Assembly: GCA_051294375.1 (NCBI GenBank)
Contig: CM119270.1
Span: 1,289,572 to 1,298,469 of the forward strand
Source of the DNA: Paraspadella gotoi
Taxonomy: Eukaryota > Animalia > Chaetognatha
Length of the DNA stretch: 8,898 nucleotides
Reading direction: 5' to 3'
Below are positions 7,871-8,898 of the stretch, in pieces. Made by a program: the position numbers and the translations under genes. Under the pieces are notes generated by a model. That model did not search any database and was not told the DNA's origin. It saw nothing but the letters and a program-made list of their open reading frames with translations. Positions within the stretch are counted from its first letter, which is position 1. Every line of letters starts with the position of its first letter.

Positions 7871-8200
7871 CTAGTCAATTTTTTTTAAATTTGAAAGGGA
7901 ATGTAATATGAAAGTTTAAACTGTTCTTTCGCTCTCCTTCTACAGATTTAGACCAATCTACAGGGTTCAATATTTATAATTCTATTTAAATGGCAAGAGA
8001 TTTTTAAATCTTTTTTAAAAATAAAATAAAATACAGACGAATAAAATGACTGGATTATTGAGTTTTGTATATTAAGCAATAAACATATAAAACTTCAATT
8101 CTGATTATTTTTTATTGCAGCAATGATGACGTCAGCAAAAGATTTTTCGAATATCTCAACGAATACGCTCTTTTAGTATTAATTCCTAGAGAGAGAGAGA

Positions 8201-8416
8201 NNNNNNNNNNNNNNNNNNNNNNNNNNNNNNNNNNNNNNNNNNNNNNNNNNNNNNNNNNNNNNNNNNNNNNNNNNNNNNNNNNNNNNNNNNNNNNNNNNNN
8301 NNNNNNNNNNNNNNNNNNNNNNNNNNNNNNNNNNNNNNNNNNNNNNNNNNNNNNNNNNNNNNNNNNNNNNNNNNNNNNNNNNNNNNNNNNNNNNNNNNNN
8401 NNNNNNNNNNNNNNNN
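8201..8416. other. Assembly gap bounded by (AG)n on both sides
   Basis: Run of N between AG repeats. Confidence 0.99.
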
Positions 8417-8452
<36 letters not shown>

Positions 8453-8856
8453 AGTGTGTGTCTGCGAATAAAAAACTCCCTGAGATAAAAGGTCATTTTT
8501 TTCTCTCTTCTACGGACAAACTAGTAAGGAGAGTCGAAAGAGGGCAGCCTTTCATTTCGGAATTGAACCAAAAATGTAGCAGCAACTTTTTCCGAAAATT
8601 AATAAACTGAAATTGAGTGAAAGAGAAAATTTTAGAAATTCAAATTTTTTAACAATTGATCTATGCAGCATTCTTTATAGCTGCATCTAACGTAAACATA
8701 ATTTTTGCAGCAACTCACTGATAACGAAAATTAGAAACCTTTCGTAGAATTAGAGATAAATCAGATCTGTAATTAGAATTAGATGTGAAGCGAATTCGGA
8801 ATGAATACTTGGTCACTCCGACATTTGATTATGTGATCATTTGTAACCATTGATTC

Positions 8857-8889
8857 TCAAACAGTAAACACTAAACATCATTGTAAATA
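8857..8889 (+). promoter_or_regulatory. Tandem forkhead-type motifs (candidate enhancer core)
   Basis: TCAAACA GTAAACA CTAAACA in 7-bp tandem, then TGTAAATA; two of these fit RYAAAYA exactly. Confidence 0.4.
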
Positions 8890-8898
8890 TTGCATTTA

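Noticed and set aside
6979-7878. 299-aa minus-strand ORF, and a CRISPR-like look of the repeats
   Set aside because: The ORF is minisatellite plus N gap. The repeats are head to tail without unique spacers, and the context is eukaryotic.
8121-8175. Possible small coding exon (NDDVSKRFFEYLNEYALL) after an acceptor-like site
   Set aside because: Weak donor (GTATTA), too short to assign, and no recognisable family or partner exons.

Overview
AT-rich animal genomic DNA from a draft assembly with three N gaps. The only supportable coding feature is the GC/CpG-rich terminal exon (592-1689, + strand) of a FoxA / fork head (HNF3-family) transcription factor gene. The exon follows a clear 3' splice acceptor and opens with KRFKC, the end of the forkhead domain. 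It carries the FoxA C-terminal motifs FNHPFSINSLI (eh1/region II), KMDLKMYD, YNSLTPL and DSYYQ, and ends in ...TSAL*, resembling protostome fork head proteins. Bases 1-591 are intron. The remaining ~7.2 kb is 3' UTR and downstream non-coding DNA rich in microsatellites, with a 23-bp minisatellite and several GC-rich islands. The most notable signals are: an intron splitting the end of the forkhead domain, a long low-complexity tail, a dense GCCAT/ATGGC (Pho/YY1-type) cluster near GA repeats (Polycomb-response-element-like), tandem forkhead motifs with GATA sites at the window end, and same-strand splice signals hinting at a downstream spliced non-coding transcript. The regulatory and lncRNA ideas are inferences. 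No clearly novel system is demonstrable from sequence alone.
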